From: an uncultured Verrucomicrobiae bacterium
GTDB taxonomy: Bacteria > Verrucomicrobiota > Verrucomicrobiia > Palsa-1439
Length of the DNA: 64,000 nt
Assembly (NCBI GenBank): GCA_963713705.1
Contig: CAVQMY010000033.1
Coordinates: 20,203 to 84,202, forward strand
Direction of reading: 5' to 3'
The notes under the pieces were generated by a model. The model was not told where the DNA came from. It did no database searches and saw only the letters and a list, made by a program, of their open reading frames with translations. Position 1 is the stretch's first letter. Each line of letters starts with the position of its first letter. Shown piece after piece: positions 1 to 8,435 of the stretch. Both the position numbers and the translations under genes were made by a program.

Positions 1-164
1 AAATCCGCAAAAGTCGAGCCAATCATCTGGCGACAACGGTAACGAACCCTGCTCCGCTTTGCAAACGCAAACCCCACAGGCGTTTTGCCCTCCGGATTCG
101 CAGCCCGGGAAGGTGAAGACCTCCGCCCGTACCAGAGGCTTGCCGACAGCGATCGATGCCGCTA

Positions 165-1316
165 GTGTAGTGTCCAATAAGTGATTGATATTATTGTCGG
201 ACGGGGTAAACTCCCGTCATGCCGCGTTGCGCTCAACCACTGGTATTGACCGTCCTAGAACAGAAACAACTGACCGACCGTGTGCGGGATCGCCGTTCGA
301 CACAGCAGACCGCGTTGCGGGCCCGTATCATCCTGCTGGCCGCCCAAGATTGGGAGAACCGAGAGATTGCCGCGGAACTGGAAACGACCCCACACACCGT
401 GGGAGTCTGGCGGCGGCGGTTTGCGCGCGAGCGACTGGCAGGGCTCGAAGATGCGCTACGGTCAGGGCGACCCGTGTCGTTGGCGACGGCGACGGTGACC
501 AAGGTGCTCACGACGGCGACCCGACCGCCCAAAGGGCGATCCCGCTGGAGTGTGCGCAGCATGGCCCGCAGCGCCGGGCTGTCCAAGAGTCGCGTACAGC
601 AACTCTGGCAGGCTAACGACCTCAAACCGCACCGGGTGCGCACCTTCAAACTCTCGCGGGATCCGCAGTTCGAGGCGAAGTTCTGGGATGTCATCGGGCT
701 GTATCTGCAACCGCCGCAGAAGGCGCTGGTGCTGTGCTGCGATGAGAAGAGCCAGTGTCAGGCTTTGGAACGCAGCCAGCCGGGCTTGCCCCTTGGCGTG
801 GGCCACATTCGCACTCGTACCCATGACTACGTGCGCCACGGCACCACAACACTGTTTGCCGCACTGAGCACGCTGGACGGCCGGGTGATTGCACGCACGG
901 AGACCCGCCACACCCATCTGGAATGGCTGCGGTTCCTACGCCAGATTGAGCGGGAGACGCCGCCCGCACTGACGCTGCACCTGATCGTGGACAACTATGC
1001 CACGCACAAGCACCCGGCGGTCCGCGCGTGGCTGGCCCGGCATCCACGCGTGCGGCAGCACTTCACTCCCACGAGCAGCTCGTGGCTGAATCTGGTCGAA
1101 CGCTTCTTCCGTGACCTGACCGAGGAGGTCGTTCGGGAGGGCAGCTTTCGCAGTGTGCGCGAACTGGTGCGCACGATCGAAGTCTGGTTGGCAGAACGCA
1201 ATCGCCAACCCCAGCGCTATGTGTGGCACGCCAAGGGTACCGCCATCCTGGAGAAAATCATCCGCGCCCGCGCTAAACTCGAAGAAATAAAGGCAGACAC
1301 TTCAAGGACACTACAC
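165..1316 (+). mobile_element. Intact IS630-family insertion sequence (1152 bp)
   Basis: Perfect inverted termini: CTAGTGTAGTGTCC at 162-175 versus GGACACTACACTAG at 1305-1318. This gives GTGTAGTGTCC ends flanked by TA on both sides (163-164 and 1317-1318), the TA target duplication typical of IS630/Tc1-mariner. A single transposase ORF lies inside, and its TAG stop spans the right end. Confidence 0.85.
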
Positions 1317-1319
1317 TAG
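219..1319 (+). CDS. IS630-family DDE transposase
   Basis: 366-aa ORF with an N-terminal HTH-like region and a C-terminal DDE region containing SSSWLNLVERFFRDLT, a motif characteristic of IS630 transposases. Confidence 0.85.
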   Translation: MPRCAQPLVLTVLEQKQLTDRVRDRRSTQQTALRARIILLAAQDWENREIAAELETTPHTVGVWRRRFARERLAGLEDALRSGRPVSLATATVTKVLTTATRPPKGRSRWSVRSMARSAGLSKSRVQQLWQANDLKPHRVRTFKLSRDPQFEAKFWDVIGLYLQPPQKALVLCCDEKSQCQALERSQPGLPLGVGHIRTRTHDYVRHGTTTLFAALSTLDGRVIARTETRHTHLEWLRFLRQIERETPPALTLHLIVDNYATHKHPAVRAWLARHPRVRQHFTPTSSSWLNLVERFFRDLTEEVVREGSFRSVRELVRTIEVWLAERNRQPQRYVWHAKGTAILEKIIRARAKLEEIKADTSRTLH

Positions 1320-1346
1320 TGGCGGTCTGGAGTGGTTTTGGAGCCG

Positions 1347-2060
1347 TCAGGCGCGCAGGTCCGGTCCGGTATTGATGTGGATTCGTTCCACCACATGAGG
1401 GCTGACCAATGGATTCAACGGATCATCTTTCATTTGCTGGAGGTACGACGAGACAGATACCCCCGATAGCTCACCGTCGTGACCACCACCGTCTGGGAGA
1501 TGTTCCTCGGCGCTGCCTGCGCAAACATCAATCACAACGACCACGGATCCCGACTTCGCCCACGTTTCCACGTTAGAGGTTCCCAATTCATACAGGCCGT
1601 CGGATTGCGATTCTTTCCGTGACGGAAGCGGCCCCGGCGGAAAATCGACTTGTTCGTCGTCGGTGTCTGTCGAGGTCTCCCGACGGACGACGACTGCAAC
1701 CGCATACACGGGCGCCCCGTGATGATCGATCAGTGCGACGACAGGCTGTTGCGCTTGCTGCCCTGGCAAGGCCGACGAACGTTCTTCCTTTCCACGCGCG
1801 AGCCATACAAGCAATCCTACAAGCAGGAGTCCCGTGATTGCGGCAAGAGCGCGGCGATACCGGGCAATCCATTCACCGAACCAACGGATCCCGGGCTGCG
1901 CCCCAAATGGGTCGGGCAGGGGATAGCCGCATCGGCCACACACAGGACGAAGAACCTTCCGGTGGGAAACGACCCGGTTCTTCGTCAGGCAAATGCCGCA
2001 GATGACATACTCCTCGGTGATCTTGGCGTCGATAATGCCCGGCCGTTTTGGGTGACCCAC
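1347..2060 (-). CDS. Hypothetical protein: N-terminal zinc-ribbon (CGIC...CGRCG), one TM helix, unknown C-terminal domain
   Basis: 237-aa ORF with CxxC-X17-CxxC near the N-terminus, followed by the hydrophobic segment AITGLLLVGLLVWLA. No family recognised. Confidence 0.45.
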   Translation of the reverse strand: MGHPKRPGIIDAKITEEYVICGICLTKNRVVSHRKVLRPVCGRCGYPLPDPFGAQPGIRWFGEWIARYRRALAAITGLLLVGLLVWLARGKEERSSALPGQQAQQPVVALIDHHGAPVYAVAVVVRRETSTDTDDEQVDFPPGPLPSRKESQSDGLYELGTSNVETWAKSGSVVVVIDVCAGSAEEHLPDGGGHDGELSGVSVSSYLQQMKDDPLNPLVSPHVVERIHINTGPDLRA

Positions 2061-2081
2061 GTCCGCTCCTGGGAGAGTGCC

Positions 2082-2717
2082 CTACCGATTGACGGCGCCC
2101 GCTTCGGGTGGCTCCTTGGCGAGCAGATCGGCCAGCGCCTTCAGCGCGGGCGCGGCTTGCGAGCCGGTGGCGATAAATTCCAGGCTGTCACCAAGGGCCG
2201 TCCCCACGGACAGCAACCCGAGAATCGATCGCACATTCATGTACGGGCGTCCTTCCAGCAGGAAGTTGTAGTACGTCATGCCTTCCTTGTGCACGTAGAT
2301 ATCGCAGTCAAACTGGGCGGCGAGGCCGGCGACGGCCGAAACCGGCCGCAGGTGGAGTCCATCCTTGTTGTGGACGGTCACGAGAACTTTCTGAAAGCCA
2401 TTTCGTTCCAGCGATTCGCGTTCCGTGCGCCAGATGTGCGCGTACTTTTGGCACCATTCCTCGGCCGCCGAAGACCCGCCGATGTCCCGTCCTTCGGCCA
2501 TGGACCGAAGGTACTTGTGCTTCTCGATTTCGTCCCGCTGTTCGAGGTTGTCCCGTCGGAGCTTCTCTTTCCGCCAATCCTCGGCGAAGTGCTGCACAAA
2601 ATCGTCGATGGCCTCTTCGATGCTCACCTCGGTCCCGCGCTGTTGCGAGAGATAATACTTGTGCTCCTCAATCGCCTTGAGTTCCGCCGCGGTGAGGTTG
2701 TTTGCCTGACCCTTCAT
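2082..2717 (-). CDS. HPr-domain phosphocarrier protein fused to an N-terminal helical domain of unknown function
   Basis: The C-terminal ~90 aa match HPr: GLHLRP with the active-site His, and RSILGLLSVG with the regulatory Ser. The N-terminal ~115 aa carry a duplicated IE(E/K)HKY(Y)L(S/R) module. Start set at Met56 of the track ORF because the upstream part overlaps tRNA-His. Confidence 0.7.
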   Translation of the reverse strand: MKGQANNLTAAELKAIEEHKYYLSQQRGTEVSIEEAIDDFVQHFAEDWRKEKLRRDNLEQRDEIEKHKYLRSMAEGRDIGGSSAAEEWCQKYAHIWRTERESLERNGFQKVLVTVHNKDGLHLRPVSAVAGLAAQFDCDIYVHKEGMTYYNFLLEGRPYMNVRSILGLLSVGTALGDSLEFIATGSQAAPALKALADLLAKEPPEAGAVNR

Positions 2718-2839
2718 CCTGAAGCCCTGTCCCTTGATGCTACCCGGTCCATCGCCGTCTGGCGAGATTTCTTTTCGGCCGGGACGCGACCCAATCCACT
2801 CACATCGCGTGAGCGTAAGTGTGAGTCCCGCGGAAAGGA

Positions 2840-2917
2840 TGGGGTGACCGACGGGATTTGAACCCGCGACAGCCAGATCCACAATCTGGAGCTCTACCAG
2901 GCTGAGCTACGGCCACC
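2840..2917 (-). tRNA. tRNA-His (anticodon GTG)
   Basis: Manual cloverleaf on the reverse complement: extra G-1 paired to C73 (His hallmark), 7-bp acceptor stem, anticodon loop TTGTGGA, T-loop GGTTCAAATCC, encoded CCA. Confidence 0.9.
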
Positions 2918-3389
2918 ATCCTGCGTCGAAGAGAACGTACAGACGTGTAACATTATCACCCGAACGGGTCAAGCCGCGCTTCCGTCGTTGGCCAGACCGG
3001 GCCACGCGTGTCCCCTGTAGCCGCACGGCTTCAGCCTGCGTCGGCGCGATGTTGAAACGCGGCCCGATCCGCATTGTAGGGCGACCGGCCCGGTCGCCGT
3101 CTTCCGCTTGTACGGCAAGCGCTCGGCTCACCGCCGTATTCCCGCCATCCGAACTCCGTCCGCCGGTCTGCCCGGCCTTCTGGCTACTGGATTCTGGCTC
3201 CCGAATACTACCCGGTGCCATCCCCCGCTTGTGGCCTCAACTTGGGTTCGTTTTTGGCTTTGTTTTTGGATATTTCCACGCCGGCTTGCTCAAACTTGGG
3301 TTCGTTTGTATTTTTTACTTTTTCGACAGCCTCTCGACCACCCCCACCGGTTGTGGTACCCCCCCTCATTGTCAAAGAACGTTCCAACG

Positions 3390-3650
3390 TCAGCCCCCCA
3401 GTATATCCCAATGAGATACAAAGTCAATCGCAATACGATGAATCCGACAAAGCGCCGGTCGCTCCTCGTCCTCGCCTTCCATTGTAGCCACCCCAGCCGC
3501 AGTGCCGATTGCGACACGTTTAAGCTTGGTCTTGCCATGGTCAATCCGATAATAAGCTCCAGCCCTTTCATCGTGTGTCGCCAACTGCTCCGAATAACCG
3601 ACAGGAGGCATAGCCAGTGGCTTAATTTGGTAGGTGATGTTTGAGGGCAT
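3390..3650 (-). CDS. Hypothetical protein in an AT-rich patch
   Basis: 86-aa ORF with a purine-rich AAGGAAAGGA about 12 nt upstream of the ATG. Locally lower GC. No recognisable family. May be truncated by an indel. Confidence 0.3.
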   Translation of the reverse strand: MPSNITYQIKPLAMPPVGYSEQLATHDERAGAYYRIDHGKTKLKRVAIGTAAGVATMEGEDEERPALCRIHRIAIDFVSHWDILGG

Positions 3651-3855
3651 GTTCGTAAGGTTTCCTTTCCTTTTTCGAATAGCAGTTCAGATGAAGCCCG
3701 CGCTCAGAGTGGCAATCGCTCCGTCTCTCACCATCAGCCGGATGATACCGCTTTAGTCTAGAGTCGCAATCTGAAAATCGTGTCGAACCCACCCGCCCGC
3801 ACCCTGCCGCCTCTGATGTTGGCATACATCCACACGGGTTGTGGGCGCAGAGAGT

Positions 3856-5214
3856 TCAGTCTTCGGCGGGTAAAGCGGGCGGTGGCCCGAACGACTTCAA
3901 CAGGATCTTGATGTTCTGGATGGCAGCGATCAACCAGTCCTGAATTTGGACCCGCCACAGCCGCCGCCACCGCGCGCGTTTGAAGCCGTGATGATTGGTG
4001 GCATCCGCGAAACTAACTTCTGCCAAGTGCTGCCGTCGTTTCCGATCCCGTCGCGCGGCGGCACTGTGGGCTTGCTGGCGCGCTCGATCCAACAAGGCTT
4101 GGTGTTCATGCCGATGAATCGTGCGACCGTAGACGGTGGCGCGGGTGCATTGGGAGCGGAGCGCGCAGGCGGCGCAGACGGCTTTGGGTAGCGAGTATTC
4201 CCAGGTCCGCTTGAGCGGGTGGAGTCGTCGCGGTCGCATGGACTGACCGGCCGGACAACGCACCGTGTTGGTGCCGGCCTGGTAGTGGAAGGCGCTCTCC
4301 GGGAAGATTCCTTCGCTACGGACGTGATGATGTTTGGCGCGGGCATCACCGAGATGCGTGCGAATACCCAACTGCTGACAGGCCACGAAGTTCTCGGCTG
4401 TGCCGTACTTGCTGTCGGCCACAGCGGTGCGCACGGTCTGCCCGGTCTGGGTTTGATGCTGCTGGACCAATGGTAGCAGCCGCTTGTTCTCCGCGATGCT
4501 GCCGGTGGTCGTTTCGACTGCGGTGATCACTCCCTGGGCGTCGTCGACGGCGCGGTGATGATGATAGCGCGGGCGTGGCGGTTGTGAACCATGGCGCACC
4601 ACCGTCGCGTCCGGATCGGTCGTGCAAACGACCCGGTCATTGACCGCCTCGTACGCGGCGGGGGTGGTGGCGTCGTCGAGTTTGCTCTCGGTCGCTTGGT
4701 ACGCGGCCTTCAACGCCGCGATCAAGCTCGGGGCCCCCGTCCGCACGGAGTCACAGGCCGCGTGCGCTTCATTCAAACTGCTGTCGACGTGCAGCTTGGT
4801 TCCATCCACCAAACCGGCGCTGACGCATTGCCCAACCGTGCGCACGAAGAACTTCTCAAACACGTCGCGGCCCCACCGCGTCCGCGCCTTGGACAACACA
4901 CTGTGATCCGGAATCACCTCGTCGAGTCCGTAGCCCAGAAACCACAGATAATCCAGCCGTTCCGGAATCACCCGCATCAATTCCCGTTCGCTGGCCACGT
5001 TCTCGTAGAACAACAGGAACATCATCTTCAGGATGACGGCTGGATCGACCGACTCGTTGCCGTTGGCGCCGTAGAGCGCAGCCACTTCCGCGCGCACGAA
5101 GCCAAAGTCGACCGCTTCGTGCACACGACGTAAGGGATGATCGGAGCGCACCCGCTTGTCCAGATTGACCCGATAGGTAAACAACGCCCCCTGCCCGTTC
5201 TGTGTGCCCATCAT
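3856..5214 (-). CDS. IS5-family (IS1182-group) DDE transposase
   Basis: 452-aa ORF. N-terminal InsH-type region (RSDHPLRRV...VDPAVILKMMFLLFYENVASERELM). C-terminal DDE region ending FADATNHHGFKRARWRRLWRVQIQDWLIAAIQNIKILL. IS termini could not be defined by eye. Confidence 0.8.
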   Translation of the reverse strand: MMGTQNGQGALFTYRVNLDKRVRSDHPLRRVHEAVDFGFVRAEVAALYGANGNESVDPAVILKMMFLLFYENVASERELMRVIPERLDYLWFLGYGLDEVIPDHSVLSKARTRWGRDVFEKFFVRTVGQCVSAGLVDGTKLHVDSSLNEAHAACDSVRTGAPSLIAALKAAYQATESKLDDATTPAAYEAVNDRVVCTTDPDATVVRHGSQPPRPRYHHHRAVDDAQGVITAVETTTGSIAENKRLLPLVQQHQTQTGQTVRTAVADSKYGTAENFVACQQLGIRTHLGDARAKHHHVRSEGIFPESAFHYQAGTNTVRCPAGQSMRPRRLHPLKRTWEYSLPKAVCAACALRSQCTRATVYGRTIHRHEHQALLDRARQQAHSAAARRDRKRRQHLAEVSFADATNHHGFKRARWRRLWRVQIQDWLIAAIQNIKILLKSFGPPPALPAED

Positions 5215-5289
5215 GCGCCCACGCCCTCCTTCGCACTTCTTCTACACGATCTTACTTGCCACCGGAAGAAAAATCATCGATTTGGGCAA

Positions 5290-5590
5290 CAGGCCCCATT
5301 CATTCTGCAATTGCCGACGCTCCCACCGCCTCACAATTCACGGACCGCCGAGCTTGTCCGCCCGCCGGCGGATTGGCCCCTCAACAACTCGGCCAAAGAT
5401 TGAACACGCCGTTCCCTGTCCGCCATGGCCTCTCCCCGCTCCCGCCGAAACATCCTCGACATCTTCACCGCAACCCTGTCACACGCGGAGGTGTCGTGGT
5501 GGGTTAGCACTCGGTTAGCATACGCCTCTGGATCAGGCCTCTTCATTCTGCCACTGCCGACGCGCCTCACCGCCTCACAATTCCCGGACC
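5290..5590. repeat. Two ~57-bp direct repeats (5290-5346 and 5534-5590), about 85% identical
   Basis: caggcc..ttcattctgc..tgccgacgc..caccgcctcacaattc.cggacc occurs twice, 244 bp apart, in noncoding DNA next to the IS5 transposase start. Confidence 0.7.
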
Positions 5591-5728
5591 AGACCTTCCC
5601 ACGCCCGGCCTTGCCCGCCTCCGCCGGACTTGCTCGCCGAAGGCGAGTTGCCCGATTCAGCCCCTCCGGTTTCCCCTGTGTTCCAAATTCCGTCCCCGCT
5701 TCCACGTGGCATCTCCCGACCTCTGACG

Positions 5729-5820
5729 CCACACCATGATACCTCAGATTCTTATGTATCGACCTCCCGCCTCCAACTTTATTTGTCTCCACACCATGAT
5801 AGCTAAGATTCTTATGTATC
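5729..5820. repeat. 32-bp direct repeat with 60-bp period (5729-5760, 5789-5820) plus a partial third copy near 5835
   Basis: ccacaccatgata(c/g)ct(c/a)agattcttatgtatc, 30/32 identical. AT-rich. Followed by a small palindrome ATACCTttgatAGGTAT. Confidence 0.7.
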
Positions 5821-6008
5821 CGCCCGGTTCGGACGCCATGATACATACCTTTGATAGGTATCCGCATCATTCATCCCCCCACCACCGCACTGGTTTATGG
5901 ATAGCGCTATCCATAATCGTCCTGACGGTACGCCGGCCGAATTGGCGCAATAGATTGGATGTGAGCCTCCTTCTCACCGCCCGGCTGGCTGTCTCGGACC
6001 GCGCCCCA

Positions 6009-6152
6009 TCAACGGAAATACAGCTTTTCGATGACCAGTTCGGCCACGAGTAACCCCAAGACCCACAAGGAAGCCCAGAACACTAACCACAGCAGCCGCG
6101 TCAGCGGACGATCTTCGGTCGGAATCGCATGTTGGACGGTACGCATCTTCAT
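6009..6152 (-). CDS. Candidate small membrane protein (47 aa), below the ORF-track cutoff
   Basis: Manual translation gives MKMRTVQHAIPTEDRPLTRLLWLVFWASLWVLGLLVAELVIEKLYFR. GAGGTG lies 5 nt upstream of the ATG. One clear TM helix. Confidence 0.35.
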   Translation of the reverse strand: MKMRTVQHAIPTEDRPLTRLLWLVFWASLWVLGLLVAELVIEKLYFR

Positions 6153-6364
6153 GCCGCACCTCTAAGTAAATGTAGTCCCGCGCTCGCCGAAGTCAACCTC
6201 CGGCTTCACCAGCTCGATTGCATCAACTCCGACACGCGTTGACCGCACCACGCCCGACGATGGCGACCCCTTGTGGCCGATGTGACGCTGGACAGCCGGA
6301 CCGACCAGGTGTAGTAAGGCGATATGCCCAGGCCGGTGCATGGAGTGTTCGGGTGCGGTTCATA

Positions 6365-7171
6365 ATGAACCCGCACCGTATTCTCTGGTTGGGCCTCATC
6401 GGTGCCCTGACGCTGTCCTGCAACAGGGCGACGACCCGTGAGCCCCGCCTAGTGGAACAGGAGGAGGTCACGATCACCTGCGAACTCACCCAGCCGCCGA
6501 AGTGGTCGGACATCCCGGTGTTTGAATCGGCGAATGACTGCCAGGCCGCCACCGGTACGTATCACTACGTGCTCTGGTTGCCCGAGGGCTATCTGGCCGA
6601 CACCCAACGCCGCTGGCCCTGCCTGTTCATTGCGGACGCCTTGGGACACGCGAAAATGGGGAACATGGCCGTCTGGCTCAAGACCCGGGGCTACGTCGTC
6701 GTCATGCTTGTCGAATCCCAAAACGGTCCGTGGCCGCCGATCATCGGCAATTTCCTCGCCGCGCATGACGATGTTGTGCAGCGGGTGCGAATTCAAGAGG
6801 GGCTCAAGTTCGCCACGGGCTGCTCGGGCGGGGCGCGGGCCAGTTCCGTGTTCGTGCAAATCCGTCCGGGCTTTACAGGACTCATCCTGCAAGGGGCTGG
6901 TCTGGCGTACAAGACCAACGGCACATATATCGTGGCCGGGCTCCGGCGCACCCCGCCCATCTACGTGGCGATGACGATGGGCGATCGCGATAAGCGCGGG
7001 GGCGAGGTCGACGAAATGCGCCGCTGGATCGGGTCGTCGCATTTCCAATTGTTCCCGTTCCCCGGCGGCCATGAATGGGCGCCGACGGAAACGTTCGAGC
7101 ACGCCATCGCCTGGGTCGAAGACAAGGTCCGTGAAACCCCCGAGCCCCCACCACCTCAGAAACTCAATTGA
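6365..7171 (+). CDS. Secreted/lipoprotein alpha/beta-hydrolase (esterase-like)
   Basis: Start chosen at MNPHRILWLGLIGALTLSC (lipobox-like LSC). Nucleophile elbow GCSGG. Downstream GDRD and GGHEW are consistent with a Ser-Asp-His triad. Confidence 0.6.
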   Translation: MNPHRILWLGLIGALTLSCNRATTREPRLVEQEEVTITCELTQPPKWSDIPVFESANDCQAATGTYHYVLWLPEGYLADTQRRWPCLFIADALGHAKMGNMAVWLKTRGYVVVMLVESQNGPWPPIIGNFLAAHDDVVQRVRIQEGLKFATGCSGGARASSVFVQIRPGFTGLILQGAGLAYKTNGTYIVAGLRRTPPIYVAMTMGDRDKRGGEVDEMRRWIGSSHFQLFPFPGGHEWAPTETFEHAIAWVEDKVRETPEPPPPQKLN

Positions 7172-7342
7172 CCGCCGCCCCCGGCACAACCGCTGCACAC
7201 ACCAACGTCCTTGCTTGTCAGCCCGGCAATTTCAAGTGGAGATGACCCTTCCGTTGGCGATGAGAACACTGTAGCCGCAAGCGTGACAAATCCAACCGCA
7301 GCGCATATACTCCGCGCAGCTACTGACCCGGGAGAACAAGAA

Positions 7343-8233
7343 ATGAGTGAGGTGTTTGCCATGAACGAGCCGCCACCCGTCCCACCCGCTGTCGATTTCA
7401 AGGACCGCCACGCCGGCCTCATCGGGTTCGGCATTCTCGTTATCATTATCGGGTGCCTCTGCGCCCTCTTCGTGCCGTTGGTGCTCCTCGGCCAAACGAT
7501 GTCCGCCAGGACAACCGGTACCCCTCCGAGCCTCCGCATGATGGTTCCAGCCATGATGACGTATGCCGTTATGGCAGTCGTGTTCATCTGGCTCGGAATC
7601 GGCTCAACCATGGCCCGACGCTGGGCGCGTGCGCTGTTGCTGATTGTCTCGTGGGCCTGGTTGGTGATGGGCATTTTCATGGTGGTCGCCATGGCGGTGT
7701 TCTTGCCTGCGTCTTTCGCTCACATGCCGTCTGGGGGACAGCCCGCGGCGTCCTCGGTGGTGGCTGTGATGATGATCTTCATGGTCGGCTTTTTAACCGT
7801 GACGTTCGTGATTCTCCCGGGCCTGTTGGTGTTGTTCTACCGCAGCCCGCACGTGAAGGCGACGTGCGATGCCCGCGACCCGGTGACGCGGTGGACCGAT
7901 GCCTGCCCGCTACCCGTCCTCGCGTTGAGCCTCCTTCTCGCCTATGGGGCGGTGTCGATGTTCCTTATGCTGCTCTGCTACCACGGCGTGATGCCGTTCT
8001 TTGGCTTCTTGCTGAGCGGTCTGCCGGGAGGAACATTGACTCTGGTCATCATTGCGGTATGGGCTTATTGCGCCTGGGCCACCTACCATCTCAATGTCAC
8101 CGGTTGGTGGACTGTCTTGATCGCGTTCGGGGTGATGCTCGTGTCTGCGGTGCTGACCTTTTCGCGGGTCGATCTCATGGACATGTCCCGGTTGATGGGC
8201 TATTCCGAACAGCAAATCGAGCAAATGCAGTAG
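7343..8233 (+). CDS. Polytopic membrane protein, unknown function
   Basis: Start at MSEVFAM, preceded by GGAGA. Multiple long hydrophobic segments. No family recognised. Confidence 0.55.
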   Translation: MSEVFAMNEPPPVPPAVDFKDRHAGLIGFGILVIIIGCLCALFVPLVLLGQTMSARTTGTPPSLRMMVPAMMTYAVMAVVFIWLGIGSTMARRWARALLLIVSWAWLVMGIFMVVAMAVFLPASFAHMPSGGQPAASSVVAVMMIFMVGFLTVTFVILPGLLVLFYRSPHVKATCDARDPVTRWTDACPLPVLALSLLLAYGAVSMFLMLLCYHGVMPFFGFLLSGLPGGTLTLVIIAVWAYCAWATYHLNVTGWWTVLIAFGVMLVSAVLTFSRVDLMDMSRLMGYSEQQIEQMQ

Positions 8234-8435
8234 TTCAACCACTTTACGAGCCAGCACCTGCTCGTCCTTATGTCCATTATGTCGTTGCCGTTCCTCGGTT
8301 ACCTGCTCTACGTGAAAAGATATTTCCGTCGGACCGCTGAATCACCGCAACCCCGGTGAATCGCTCGCATCCTGACGGTTATCGCCTGCCCGTTTTCCCG
8401 CTTTCACCGGGTCCGCTGTCCGCTATAATCCGTCC

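Noticed and set aside
3780-5230. Terminal inverted repeats for the IS5/IS1182-type element
   Set aside because: The only complementary stretch I could find (GTGGGCGCA near 3841 versus TGCGCCCAC near 5214) overlaps the transposase start codon and is short. The IS boundaries are left undefined rather than guessed.
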